Below, in pieces: positions 1-13,725 of a DNA stretch of 64,000 nucleotides. Numbering within the stretch: position 1 is the stretch's first letter; the number at the start of each line of letters is the position of its first letter. This DNA comes from Eledone cirrhosa (taxonomy: Eukaryota): the NCBI GenBank assembly GCA_964016885.1, contig OZ024747.1, positions 90,086,001-90,150,000 of the forward strand. Reading direction: 5' to 3'. Made by a program: the position numbers and the translations under genes. The notes below the pieces were generated by a model. It saw only the letters and a list, made by a program, of their open reading frames with translations, ran no database searches and was not told the origin of the DNA.

Positions 1-78
1 GATATTATGTGAGATAATTATGTAAAATAAAGCCTTTACCACAAAAATACAATAGTATATATAGAGTAATGTAAATGC
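1..78 (+). mobile_element. piggyBac-type MITE, 3' part cut by the window edge
   Basis: Matches the internal and right-end sequence (…GAGTAATGTAAATGCT) of the TTAA-flanked MITE family at 21503-21722. Confidence 0.7.
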
Positions 79-283
79 TTAAATATCAAATGATACATAT
101 AGTAAATTAAAAAAATATAATATATACTATGTATAAATAAATATTATATATTATTTATTATATATAAATTAACGATTTTATTTATTATATATTATTTACT
201 ATTTGCATGTAGGCAGATATCTCTGGAAATAGGTGGGGGGGGGGGGTATTAAGTGGCCCCAACACAAGTTTGAGAACCTTTGC
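79..283 (-). mobile_element. hAT-type MITE fragment
   Basis: Reverse complement of the left part of the element at 51301-51882; ends in a TIR-like GTTTGAGAACCTTTG. Confidence 0.6.
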
Positions 284-580
284 CATAGCCCTTCTATATC
301 ATTTGTTGATACTGAAAAGATTCCTGCCATTTTATTAACATATAAAGATAAACCATCAATGATGGCATGGGTCATTGTTGTTTAGACCAAAGTTTGCCTC
401 TAGCAGACTTAGAATGGATAAATGGCCTGCAGCAGATTTATAATGAATGGCATTCAAGCTGGCATTATTATTATTTTTTTTCTTTTGGTAAGTATAATAT
501 ATAGCAAACTACACTACACAATCTGTTGTTTTCGAAGAAAATAGAGTGTGATTTGAGGGAGATTTGACCACTGTTTTCAA

Positions 581-830
581 TTCTTCTTATCGTGCCACAA
601 GAGTGTCAGCTACAAAGCTTGGCTAGATGTGGTTCTACCACAGCTGAACACATTGCTGTCCAATGCTGTCCAGTGGTGTTCCAGCAGGGGGCATATCAGG
701 AGATGCTGCATAGTTTGTGGTTCGATGCTGCAGTCACAAACATCCCCATTTTGCCAGATCTTTGCATGTCCAACACCAGATCTTAGTCTGTTTAGGCATT
801 TCCACACTGCATAGCTTGTATCTGTTCTGG
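581..830 (-). mobile_element. Vingi/Ingi-like LINE 3' fragment
   Basis: Minus ORF WKCLNRLRSGVG…CDCSIEPQTMQHLLICP has a C-terminal zinc-knuckle-like motif, followed by an (AAG)n-like tail. Confidence 0.6.
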
Positions 831-1323
831 GGGAGGGGGTGGGGGTGGGGGGGCAGTACCTTGCTCAACTTTAGTTCCTTTGTTTTCAATAGGTCAAGCA
901 ATCACATAGAGATTCCCTTGTTTGACTTCAGCATGGATCATATGATTTCTATGCAGGACACAACTGGTACGAGATAAAATCATAAAAATCATATCCTGGC
1001 AGTCTACCTACATATTATACAGCAAAATGTTTAATCATTTGACAGGGTTTTCCTTCAGATAGATAAGCTGAAGATTATAAACTACATGCTACAGTGTTAT
1101 GTAAATATGCCAATACATATACAATTTATTCATTGCATTCACTATGGCAATTAAGACACTAGATTAAAAAATGTTATCAAGTGAGACTTGATTCATCATC
1201 ACAAATGAAAAAGGAGCAAAGTTTACAGAGGGTTAAATATGTGATTTCTGTTTTCAGTACTTAATCATGTGTCAAAGGGAAAGCTATGAATGTCACAAAT
1301 TATTTATCTTTTCTAATAAATTA

Positions 1324-1350
1324 CCGTATATACTCGAATATAAGCCGAAC
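1324..1350 (+). mobile_element. Tc2/pogo-like terminal inverted repeat (one end only)
   Basis: TA|CCGTATATACTCGAATATAAGCCGA resembles pogo/Tc2-type termini; the partner end was not found. Confidence 0.45.
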
Positions 1351-1896
1351 CCCTTTCCTATTCTATGTCTGAGAAATGGTCAAAAATCCAAACCCCGTTT
1401 GTAACCCAAGACAGCTAATCAACCCATTATGGCAGTTTTGAAATTCTCATGAGTGGAAAAAATATTTTGATTTTTAATACGAATTAAGTGTAATTTAGAG
1501 AATAGTTTTTGTTTCACAATTCCGCTATATAATGGCTTTAGAAGGGGGGGGGGGGGGGGTAGCAAGTGAGAGAGAGAGAAAGAGAGGGTGAGAGCAAGCA
1601 AAATAAAACAAAACAAGATTGACGAGAAATCTAATAATAAAAGGGTTAATTAATTTAATCACATTATGAAAATACATACAGGATAGTATTTTCGTTGTGG
1701 TGGGTTCTGTGGCTTTGTCCCCTTAACCAGTTTTCAATTTGTCATGCTATTTAACGTATGTTTATTACTCTAAGATGTGATTTATCGATATCTTCTTATT
1801 GAGCGCTTCGTGCAAAGCTCCAAATATTGTTTTCTTTTGTGGATGCTGGCCGACTGCTGCAACTTCGATTTTACTAACTTCCACTCATATAAATAA

Positions 1897-1945
<49 letters not shown>

Positions 1946-2011
1946 CACACACACACACCCTTCTTCAGGCAGATTTCTTCCAGAGAGAGGAAGAATCGAT
2001 GCCAGTACTAG

Positions 2012-2147
2012 ACTGATACTTTTTTTATAAACCTTGAAAGGATGAAGGAAAAGTAAACATCGGTGGGATTTGAACTCAGAGAGCAGAGAACTGGAACGAA
2101 TACCATAAAGCATTCTATCCGACACTAACAAACTCTGCTAATTTGCC
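2012..2147 (-). mobile_element. tRNA-derived SINE fragment (family A)
   Basis: GGGATTTGAACTC is a reverse B box, and the GGATGAAGG motif is shared with other copies. Confidence 0.6.
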
Positions 2148-2149
2148 TT

Positions 2150-2328
2150 ATATATAATATATTATATATATATAATATATTATATATATATATTATATAT
2201 ATATAATATATTATATATATATATAATATATTATATATATATATAATATATTATATATATATATAATATATTATATATATATATAATATATTATATATAT
2301 ATATATATTATATATATATATATATATA
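2150..2328. repeat. Compound (TA)n / TATAATATAT satellite
   Basis: Directly visible. Confidence 0.95.
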
Positions 2329-2732
2329 AAATCATAATTTGATGCAAGCTTTGTTTAGTTATGCTTCATAAACTTAATAACGATAAAATTAGTAAATCTC
2401 CACAAATTGATTATTTTCAAAAGTATCTTTTTAAAAGCTGGTAACAAAAGGGTTAAAAAAGAAATTGATAGAATAATAGTGATTCAAAATGACTTGTTAA
2501 ATTATTTTAGTCAAGACTTGTACAGTTTGGAAATCAGTGAATGCTATTATAGTAAAAGAAAAATACTGCAGACTGCAGTAAAATTTTCAAATGAAATAAA
2601 TGGACATTTAAACATTTCTATTTCTGGTTATGAATCATGAAATGTTTGTGTATGTAGGGAGGGAGTGATTTTGATTAAATGTTTTGATTATTCCTTCATA
2701 AACACATAAGTTCTTCCTCTTTTTCTTGTTAA

Positions 2733-3345
2733 TCATCATCATCACTGTTTAACGTCCACTTTTCCACGCTAGCATGGGTTAGACAAGTTATCCTGTTGTG
2801 AGCAATGCCAGGTCAGGTGACAATGTTTTGCTCATACAGAACTGATTTTGGCTTGGTTCCTACAGTTGGATGCCCTTCATAGTGCCAACCTCATTTACAG
2901 TGAGTGCTAGGTACTTTTTTGTCATGACACCATCATCACCACTTTACAGTGTGGACTTGGTGCTTTTTTTTTGTTGTGACACCATTACAACCACTTTACA
3001 GTGAGTACCGTGTGCTTTTTGTCGCGACACCTACACAACCACATTACAGTGTGAACTGGTTGCTTTTTTTGCCATGTTGCCATAATGACCACTTTACAGT
3101 GAGTAGTGTGCTTTTTGTCGCAACACCTACACAACTACATTACAGTGTGGACTGGGCGCTTTTTTGTTGTGTCGCCATCATGACCACTTTACAGTGAGTA
3201 GTGTGCTTTTTGTCGTGACACCTACACAACTACATTACAGTGTGGACTGGGCGCTTTTTTGTTGTGTCGCCATCATGACCACTTTACAGTTGGTACTGTG
3301 TGATTTTTTGTTGTGACACCTACACAACCACTTTACAGTGTGGGT
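2733..3345 (-). mobile_element. RTE 3'-UTR-derived element with ~48-bp internal tandem repeats
   Basis: (CAT)n tail and TTAACGTCC…GCATGGG end are shared with the RTE 3' end at 63230-63491; about 9 units of CCACTTTACAGTG…GTGACAC. Confidence 0.75.
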
Positions 3346-3410
3346 TGGAGGATTATTTCTAAATTGTCTACAACCTATTTTGGAGAATTCTGATTAACTG
3401 TAGATGACTT

Positions 3411-5175
3411 ACAGTCCTTCTATAATGACCAGGTCATAACATTGGTATAACATATCATACAGTCCTTATATAATACAGACCAGGTCATAACATTGTTGTA
3501 ACATATCATACAGGCCTTATATAATACAGACCAGGTCATAACATTGGTGTAACATATCATACAGTCCTTATATAATACAGACCAGGTCACAACATTGGTA
3601 TAACATATCATACAGTCCTATATAATACAGACCAGGTCACAACATTGTTGAAACATATACAGTCCTATATAATACAGACCAGGTCATAACATTGGTATAA
3701 CATATCATACAGTCCTTATATAGTACAGACCAGGTCACAACATTGTTGTAACATATCATACAGGCCTTATATAATACAGACCAGGTCATAACATTGGTGT
3801 AACATATCATACAGTCCTTATATAATACAGACCAGGTCATAACATTGTTGAAACATATCATACAGTCCTTATATAATACAGACCAGGTCACAACATTGGT
3901 GTAACATATCATACAGGCCTTATATAATACAGACCAGGTCATAACATTGGTGTAACATATCATACAGTCCTTATATAATACAGACCAGGTCATAACATTG
4001 TTGAAACATATCATACAGTCCTTATATAATACAGACCAGGTCACAACATTGGTGTAACATATCATACAGTCCTTATATAATACAGACCAGGTCATAACAT
4101 TGCTGTGACATATCATACAGTCCTTATATAATACAGACCAGGTCATAACATTGGTATAACATATCATACAGTCCTTATATAACACAGACCAGGTCAGAAC
4201 ATTGGTATAACATATCATACAGTCCTTATATAATACAGACCAGGTCATAACATTGGTATAACATATCATACAGTCCTTATATAACACAGACCAGGTCAGA
4301 ACATTGGTATAACATATCATACAGTCCTTATATAATACAGACCAGGTCAGAACATTGGTATAACATATCATACAGTCCTTATATAATACAGACCAGGTCA
4401 TAACATTGGTATAACATATCATACAGTCCTTATATAACACAGACCAGGTCAGAACATTGGTATAACATATCATACAGTCCTTATATAATACAGACCAGGT
4501 CATAACATTGCTGTGACATATCATACAGTCCTTATATAATACAGACCAGGTCATAACATTGGTATAACATATCATACAGTCCTTATATAATACAGACCAG
4601 GTCATAACATTGGTATAACATATCATACAGTCCTTATATAACACAGACCAGGTCAGAACATTGGTATAACATATCATACAGTCCTTATATAATACAGACC
4701 AGGTCAGAACATTGGTATAACATATCATACAGTCCTTATATAATACAGACCAGGTCAGAACATTGGTATAACATATCATACAGTCCTTATATAATACAGA
4801 CCAGGTCAGAACATTGGTATAACATATCATACAGTCCTTATATAATACAGACCAGGTCAGAACATTGGTATAACATATCATAGTCCTTATATAATACAGA
4901 CCAGGTCACAACATTGGTATAACATATCATGCAGTCCTTATATAATACAGACCAGGTCAGAACATTGGTATAACATATCATACAGTCCTTATATAACACA
5001 GACCAGGTCACAACATTGGTATAACATATCATGCAGTCCTTATATAATACAGACCAGGTCACAACATTGGTATAACATATCATGCAGTCCTTATATAATA
5101 CAGACCAGGTTATAACATTGCTGTGACATATCATGCAGGCCTTATATAATACAGAAGAGGTCACATTGTTATAAC
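3411..5175. repeat. 51-bp minisatellite, ~34 copies
   Basis: Unit CAGTCCTTATATAATACAGACCAGGTCATAACATTGGTATAACATATCATA, which explains the 17-aa periodic minus-strand ORFs. Confidence 0.97.
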
Positions 5176-5657
5176 ATCATTTATCACTGAACTATTTCTA
5201 ACACGTTTCAAACAGACGAAAAGTCAGGTAAAAGAAATAAAAAAAAAGAACTAGAAACTAAAAATTAGTATAATATTATTTAATGTTATTTACAAGAAAA
5301 TGAAAAGTAAAATCTAATAATGCAGCTGTTACTATAGTAATAAGAAAACCTTAGAGCTTCTTCACTAAGAAAATTTCAAAAGTTAAATCCAGCTTTAATA
5401 ATCCTCCAAGTAACTGTTTAAAGAGAAGACAAACATGATATTGAGGCAAATTCTGATTCAAGATAGTTTAAATCATATTAAAACTAATCTCATAAGAGAC
5501 CAAAAATTAAGCTGCTCTTTTTTTATAATACTAACGTGACTTAATTCTATGATAAAGATTATTTAAAAGTGAAATCCCAGATTTATACCAAAAATAATAT
5601 TGAAAGATAGATAATGCAAATAAAAAAGTATGCTAATTCACAACATTATTTAGCCAG

Positions 5658-6072
5658 TGGTGGATTGGCAGTATCTGTAGAGGATCTGATGCCATGCTTT
5701 GCAGCATATTGTTATGGCCCTTTATGGCCTGAATTCAAATCCTGCAAAGGTTAACTTTGTCTTTCATCCTTATGGGGTCAATAAAATAAAGTACAGTAAT
5801 GCACTGGGGTAATTGCTGGCCTTGTGCCAAAAGTAGAAACAGTTATTTAGCCAGAAAGCATACTGGATTAGCAGTATCGGTAGTGTTGGACAACACGTTT
5901 CGCAGCATAGTTACGTCCCTTTACGGTCTGAATTCAAATCTGGCCGAGGTTAACTTTGCCTTTCATCCATACAGGGTCGATAAAAATAAAGTACCAGTCA
6001 CACACTGGGGTCGATTTAATCAACTTTCCCTTCCCCCAAAAAATTGCTGGCCTTGTGCCTATAGTAGAAACC
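5658..6072 (+). mobile_element. Two head-to-tail tRNA-derived SINEs (family A)
   Basis: B-box-like GAATTCAAATC, central TTTCATCC…GGGTCGATAAAA…GTAC, tail GGCCTTGTGCC…AGAAAC; TTATTTAGCCAG occurs three times at the borders. Confidence 0.85.
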
Positions 6073-6696
6073 ATTATTTAGCCAGTTGTAGGATACATAG
6101 AATTGTATTTTCTCATTAAGCAATGCACACTAAATGAGGGAACCGATTAACTACACTAGCTCACTCTTATACTTGGAATAGTACATAATGTATATAGATC
6201 TTCATTCTCATAAAATCTCTTCCACTATCATTCTGTCATGTTGTAGCAAGTTTATTCACATACAGCCATAAACATACATGATCCTTTACATTGAGAAGCT
6301 TTGTTGAACAAGAATAGTCAAACTCTGATACTGAAGTGATAGCCAGCTTAAGTAGTCTTAACAATCATATAAAACATACAACACTACAATGCATTACCAT
6401 AACAATGATATTACATTTATTCAAAATGAATTGGTTTCATTCCTTTCGTTATTCAAGAACTATGTCTAAAACCATTTGCTTGTTCCTGTTTCAGTTGTCA
6501 AACCAGAATGTTTATTAATATTCTCGAATATCATTCAAAGATAAGGGTCTGATCCTGCATTTTGTTCACTATCAATATATATATGTCATTATTTATTTGA
6601 TCTGCATGAGCTAGTGCACCCTGTTAATTACTAAGAATCACAGTATTACCAACTTGAGATATAAATCTAGTTTGTTCTCTTATAATTATTTGGCCA

Positions 6697-7035
6697 CTTA
6701 TTCCTGAGAGAGTCGTGGGAACAGAGTCCTCAAACACTTCTTCCAGTGGGTCCTGTCAGAAGCAACCATCTCCAACTGATCCAGCTGGATCCCCAAGTGA
6801 GACCAGCCAAGCAGGTAGATGTTATCCAACCATCTTGTTCAGTCTACCCCTGGGTCTCCTGCTAGTTGGTTTTGCCCATAAAATCTGTCTAGTGATTCTT
6901 TTCTGAGTCATTCTAACCACATGGCCATAGTATCAGAGCTGTGATCTCTCGATTTGGAGAAGTAGCAGCTCTACCTGGAGGGACTCTCTGATTTCTGAGT
7001 TATGCACTCTATCGCGTAACATTACTCCAAAGATC
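6697..7035 (-). mobile_element. RTE-like LINE 3' fragment (family also at 28812, 34012, 42215)
   Basis: Minus translation resembles a LINE C-terminus (…AKPTSRRPRGR…); four homologous copies in the window. Confidence 0.65.
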
Positions 7036-10000
7036 CTAGTTTGTTGTGGTTCCTAATTTCTTCTACATTCATACCAAACTAGAGTTGCAAATTCATAAGA
7101 CACTGTTACTGGTTCTTGAATCCTTCTGCTTAATCAAGCAGAAGGATTACACAGTCTTCCTGGGTAAGGGATTGTCTGATAATTCAAAAGCATACAGCTT
7201 AAATATACATTAATAGCACCTTTATCCTGAGATGAATTTGAACTTTTTTTGGCCAAGCAGAAAATGCTGTGCTCTTCTAACACACCATACAATTTTATTA
7301 CTTATATCAAAACCCCTCGTAATTTTATTACTTATTTCAAAGCCCTTCATAATTTTATTACTTATATCAAAACCACTCCTCATAATTTTATTTTAAAAAT
7401 TTTGTAAAGTAATATTCCAAGCATAAGCTTAATACTGAGAAAGTTATTTTACAGAACTCCTTCATATCATTGATTATTTCAGAAAGTAATTGAAAAACAT
7501 TGACAGTGTCATTCATAAGAAATATGGTAATGAAAGGGTTAACAAATATAGTGCAGGATGATAGTCTTGTGAATGTATTCATGATTTATCTTTTTCACTT
7601 GCATCAATTGACATAAGTCTGGACCACTGGCTTTGATGTTACTATCACTTTTATATGCTCAAATGCCTTTTGTTGTCTCAGACATGAACATTGGATATCA
7701 CGTTTATGAAGTGATGCAAGCTGTGATGTACAGTTTGAATAATGATCAAAACATCTCTCATAGAAATAGACAAGTCCAAGAAAGGAGTCTAATTACTTCT
7801 TGTCCTTTGGCACAGTTTTACATCCATAACTCTCACTACTAAAAGATATTCTGGTGATATACCTTTCTTTATCAAACTATACCCCCCCCCCCCCGAAATT
7901 CAATTCATCAAGTCTCTAACACAGAAGTAACTCAATTGATCATCACACCTGATAATTTCAACCTTTTAATGATCTTATCTACCTTGATGTGTAAGATTTT
8001 CAATAGTTTTAGCTTCAATGCATACACTATCTTGATAAATAATAACATTATCAATATCATTTAAAATAACATAATTTAATTGCTTCTCTGATACATAGTG
8101 TTGACTGTTTTAACACCAGATGGAAGACATATCCATCATAAAAGACCTATTAGTGTATTTATCTTAGTAACTGCTCTTGCTACAGAATACATTTCTATCT
8201 CATGATATGCCTCCTATAAATTTAATTTAACAAAATAATTCATGCCAGAAAAAGAATCATTATCATCATTTTTATGTCGACTTTTTCTATGCTGGCATAT
8301 GTTGGATGGGAACTGTTTTACAACTGAATACCTCTCCTGACACCAACTCTTTTAGTTGCTTCTAACATGCTGTGATACACTAGGATACATAAAATTTAGT
8401 ATTTTAAATTGGATAAGAATGTGAATAAATTCTTTCATTTATAGTCTCCACATATTCTTTCGCACAATCTCTAAAGGTGAGGACTATTTACTTTAGACAA
8501 GAGGAACCCTTTTCTAAAAGGCCTTCCTTAATTAGTTTCTAAAGCATCATTATAATTAATTATAGCCTGATATTTACTAAGAGAAGAACGTTAGCCTAAA
8601 AGCCCCTTGGTTGCCCAGAATTGTCCTGGTGCCACTTTTGAAAGCTGTAGTTACACACATGATCCATTACATTTAGAAGTGTTATACAACTAGATAATCA
8701 ATTCATGACGTCGAACTGGTAGCCACCTTAGCTATTAATGTCCTGTACCACATGAAACCACATTAGCAAGAGATTCTTGAACAGTACTGACAATTTTCAC
8801 ACTAAAGATTAAAGTCTTTAGTTTACTGCAAACGTTTGCTATAATCTGTTCACTAGTAAAGATACTACAAACAGTTGAATTAATAAACCAGTTTTTAGAT
8901 ATCTTCTGCTAAATTATTACAGAATGTTTATGTTAGCAGTTCGACAAATAGAGATTGATAAAATAAGCACCATTCTTAAAATAAGTAGTGGAATCTATAT
9001 AATCAACTAAACTGTTCAAGGCGATGTTTCAGCATGACCCCAGTTCAATGACTGAAACCAGTAAAATAAGATGACATAAAAGACAAAATGGATGGAATAA
9101 GGGTAGAAATTAACTTGTGTTATCTAGGGTCCCCACTTATCTTTAAATTTTTTGATATCAGCCTGTTTGAGACTGCTTCTTCTTTTAGGATAGGAAACCC
9201 TTGATTTTCAAGTGTTTATATTTTAATTAAAACACTCAATCATGAATATAAGAGCAATTTATGATAATATTTCTAATTGCAGTTTAAAAATGAAGGAAGT
9301 TATTTTACTAAATCTCTCCAAATTCTTAAATTTTCAAAATTTATTGAAACATATATTTCATTAAAAATATGGTTCATAAATGTTTAAATAGCTTTTCAAG
9401 TATTGCTGACAATTTATCATTAGTATTATGACATTAATAAAGCTTGATTTCCAGATTCCAGACAATAAATTCCGTTTCTTTAATTGCAGTTAGGGCCTCT
9501 TGTGAGGTAAAAGGAAAAAAAGACAGGATATTTTATGGTACAATGGCAAGTGAGAGGTGTCAACAAAAGCATTGATAATAAATAAGGTTGTAAAATGTTC
9601 CCCCGCTTCATCATTAATGGAAAGAAATTGACTTTCAAAATGAAGGCTATCACAGATATTTCTAGAACAACATAACAATCAATACTGAAGAGAAGGAAAA
9701 GGAAAAGAATAAATAAAAAATAGAAATAACAATTAGGATTCCATTAGAGAGTTAGGTCAACTGCTATTATTATATCTTTTTTACAAGAACATGCAGAACT
9801 AAGAGAGGCATTAATGAAAGAGAAAGACAAACGAGGAAAGTAGAGAAGAGATTTACAATAGTAAGCGAATAGAACGGAAAAAAAAAGAAAGAAAAATATG
9901 GATTATACACAGCAACAACAACAAGGCCCTAATAAAACTTCAATACTACAAATCAGGAGATTGAGAATGAAGAACTTTAAAATTTGATTTAGTCAATCCA

Positions 10001-10121
10001 GTGACAGTGTCTGAATTGAGAATGAACATCAACCAAGTAAATCATTGTAAATCATTGGGAGGGATCTTGCATTATAAAATCTAGAAGCAACAAGTCTGTT
10101 TACAGATTCATCTATTATTAT

Positions 10122-10787
10122 TGTGGATTGGCAGAATCAGTAGAGCATCAGACAACATGCTTTGCAGCATAGAGTTATGGCCCTTTACTTTCTGAGTTAA
10201 AATCCTGCCAAGGTAAACTTTGCCTTTCATCCTTACGGGGTCGATAAAATAAAGCACCAATAATGCACTGGGGTAATTGCTGGCCTTGTGCCAAAAGTAG
10301 AAACAATTATTAGGGTGGTGGATTGGCAGAGCATCGGACAACATGATTTGCAGCATAGAGCTACGTCCCTTTATGGTCTGAGTTCAAATCCCGCTGAGGT
10401 TTGCTTTCCCTTTCATCCTTATGGGGGGGGGGGGTCAATGAATAAAGTAAAAGTCATGCACTGACGTTGATTTAATTGACTTTTCCCTCCCCCAAAATTG
10501 GTGGCATTCTACCTAAATCAGATACCATTATTATTGCAGTGAATTAGCAAAATCGGTGGCATTCTACCTAAATCAGATACCATTATTATTGCAGTGAATT
10601 AGCAAAATCGGTAGAGCGTTCAACAACAAGCTTTGCGGCATATAATTACGTTCCTTTTGAGGTGTGAGTTCAAATACCACCGAGGTTAGCTTTGCCTTTC
10701 ATTCTTAGGGGGTTGACAACATTAAGTACCAGTAATGCACTGGGGTAGATTTAATCAACTTTCCCCTACCACCCAAATTGTTGGCAT
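10122..10787 (+). mobile_element. Head-to-tail cluster of family A SINEs with an internal 56-bp tandem duplication
   Basis: Repeated B boxes (GAGTTCAAAT), central domains and tails. Confidence 0.85.
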
Positions 10788-10796
10788 TACTCTATA

Positions 10797-11689
10797 CTAG
10801 CTGACGTACCCAGCTTCGCCCAGGTAAACAGATGATAAGAGAAGACAGGTAAAAGAGAAAATAACTGTATTGGATGTCTGGTTACAGTATCAGGCGAGTC
10901 CGTGGTGTCTGTGTGATACAAAAAACAGTAAAAAAGGTATACCAGATTCTTCGTTGTACCGTTTGTGCATAGTATATGAACAATTCTAGGTGCTCCTCCC
11001 ACCTAGAATAGTGACCTCTAGGAGATGGTTCATCATCTTCCTGACTGTTAAACGTGTATCATTGCATAGACGTGGTTGTTCCACGTTTCTCAAAAGGATG
11101 ATGGAAGTTCCAATCTTTTATATTATATGTAGATATAGATAATTAATATAAAAGATGTCCGTCAATATAAAAAAAAGGTCCCTATTTACTCCCTTCACAA
11201 CTGTGTATGTTAGACTGACAGAGAGGCACACAGACAAACTGTGTGGCGATTGTGGAACGTCGCACGTACACACACATACACGCATGGAAACGCGCACACG
11301 CACACAAATTTACACACACCCGTGCACTTACACACACACACGATAGTTTTTACTTTCTGTGGAACGCTGCACGCATGCACACACACACAAACATACGCGC
11401 ACATAAATACACATGCGCACATGTTAATAGTTATTGCTTTCCTTCCCCTCTTATTTCCACACACATCACACACACGTCTCTACACTGACACATTTACATA
11501 GTGTATCCAACACCGTGTTCACTTTGCCTCTGTTTCTTACTCTCCTCTCTCACTCCCTCATTGGCATTATGCATATTAATTTAAGTTTGGCATCGTTGAG
11601 GTGGGCGGAGTCATTTGAAACCTATGAACCAATGATAATCGAGAATTATGACACACGGAATACTGACATTGTTGAAATTAATATATAGA
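10797..11689 (-). mobile_element. Non-autonomous Helitron
   Basis: On the minus strand: 5' A|TCTATATATT and 3' hairpin-like CCTGGGCGAAGCTGGG ~8 nt before CTAG|T; no TSD. Confidence 0.7.
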
Positions 11690-11875
11690 TATTAATGTTG
11701 TTATATTTTCGCAGTAAAAGCTCTACCTCACATAATATCAAGTCTATAAGATTTTGATATCATTTATTTTGAGAACAATACCTTAACATTAATATGTGTG
11801 GCCACTTACAGCCGGTTTGAACAGAAAGAGGTGAGAGAATTCTGGCCGGATATGGACGGTTTAAATGCTAAAGGG
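11690..11875 (-). mobile_element. piggyBac-type MITE (interrupted by the Helitron)
   Basis: Ends TAAATGCTAAAGGG|TTAA; the short continuation CATTACTCTATA lies left of the Helitron at 10785-10796. Confidence 0.75.
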
Positions 11876-12430
11876 TTAAATCAGAAACAATTATTATTAA
11901 AGAATAAATAAATAATGAACAGACATATATCTGAGGAAAGTACACACACACATACATACACAAATATTCTTTTTTAAAATGCTTATACAAAGAATACGAC
12001 TTGTAGTGCGCAATGGCATAATTCTCAACATGCATTGATCTAGTTAGTTGCCAAGCAGGTACCAAAAGCTACTATCCGACATGGTGGTTAGCATTAGGAA
12101 CGGCACCAAATCATCGACCATTAGCTCTCACATTATTCATGCAAATATTCAGATTAGTATATAGTTTATTGACATCAAAAGAATGCTGGTAATTAAGGCT
12201 GGCAAGTGTCAAATATATAATAAGACAACTGGTTCCATAATGAATATATTGAGTTGGAAAACTATTATTTTCGTTGCAATGCATTTTCACACAAGTTAGC
12301 TATGTCTGCAAATGTTGAAAACATTTACATATGGAGTATTCAGTTGAGTGCTGCCTGAGTCATTGTGAATGAAATAGCAGTGTTTGCTGTTGCTGGACAA
12401 CTGCACGTTACATTTTTGACATTTTCTTAA

Positions 12431-12626
12431 ACCATTAGCATTTAAACCGGCCATATCTGGCCAGTTCTCTCACCTTATTCTGTTTAATTCGGCTGTGACT
12501 GGCCACTCATACTGACGTTAAGGTATTGTTCTCAAAATAGATATCAAAATCTCATAGCTTCGATATTATGCAAGATTTACCGTGAAAATATAATAGTAAA
12601 TATAGAGTAAGGTGAACACTAAAGGG
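12431..12626 (+). mobile_element. piggyBac-type MITE
   Basis: TTAA on both sides, degenerate CCCTTTAGCATTTA TIRs. Confidence 0.8.
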
Positions 12627-12655
12627 TTAATACTGCATACATACATCTTTATAAT

Positions 12656-12864
12656 GGTTTCTGAATGAAGCACTAGGCCAACAATTTTGGGGGAGGGGAA
12701 GTTGATTAAATCGACCCGAGTGCATTACTGGTACTCTATTTTACCAACCCAATAAGGCAAAGTTAACTTTGGCGGGATTTGAACTCAGAACATGAAGGGC
12801 GATAACTCTATGCCACTAAGCATGTTGTCCGATGCTCTACCGATTCTGCCACTCCACCACTCTT
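12656..12864 (-). mobile_element. Full-length family A SINE with 16-bp TSD
   Basis: CATACATCTTTATAAT at 12640-12655 and 12865-12880; B box present. Confidence 0.9.
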
Positions 12865-12949
12865 CATACATCTTTATAATACATGCAATCTAGAAACACA
12901 CAAACATCAAGATACAAAAGAAAAATATAAACAAACATTACTGACATAT

Positions 12950-13520
12950 ACTGGTGTCATATTAAAACGGACAATACATTTTGTAAAGTGATTGATGTTA
13001 GAAAGAGCATTCAGTCAGAAAAAAAAAACATGCCACAATAGGGGGTAGTAAGGATTTTTTCAGTCATGTGAAGGATATGATCTCTCTACTACTGGTGTCA
13101 TGATAAAATGCACCCAACACACTGTAAAGTAGTTGGTGTTAGGAAGGGCATCCAACCATAAAAATCATGCCACAAAAAAAAAAAAAAAAAAAAAAAGGTT
13201 AGAAAGGATTCTTCAGCCATGTCAAAAACATAACAGCCTCCCTAGTGCTGGTACCACAATAAAATGTGAATGAAATAGCAATGTTTACTGTTGTACTGCA
13301 CAAGTTACATTTTAGATAGTTGTAGAGTTTTTAGGATTGGGAAGGTCATTCAGCCAAAGAAACTATGCCAAAAATAGAACTATTGAAATAAATGTGGTTC
13401 CTCAACCCATCTATGAAGACAGTAGCTCCAATTAAGTATTGACTTAGCCTGCAACTGCCTGCCCAACCCATGCCAGCAATAGAAAAATGGACATAAAACG
13501 ATGCTGAAAATGATGACATG
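12950..13520 (+). mobile_element. Degraded RTE-tail repeats
   Basis: CACACTGTAAAGT…GTTAGGAAGGGCATCC motifs and a CCCATGC…GGAC…GATG tail. Confidence 0.6.
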
Positions 13521-13694
13521 AGTACACTGACAAAACATGCCATAGATTTACTTTAAAATGGCAATATACCATATAATAACAGGAGTATTTGATAATGCAA
13601 GCCAATGTTTTCCACAAAAAAAAAAAAAAATAAGATAGAAGTTTTGTAAAATTATTCCTGAAAAATTAATTACCTTGGAATCTAAAACTTGAAG

Positions 13695-13725
<31 letters not shown>

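Noticed and set aside
1955-1975. Minus-strand CTGAAGAAGGG as a hammerhead 5' half
   Set aside because: Cut by a microsatellite with no matching GAAA half, so the evidence is insufficient.
3420-5164. 414-aa Cys-rich repeat ORF, or a CRISPR-like array
   Set aside because: A pure 51-bp tandem repeat with no unique spacers, frame-breaking indels, and no cas genes or splice context.
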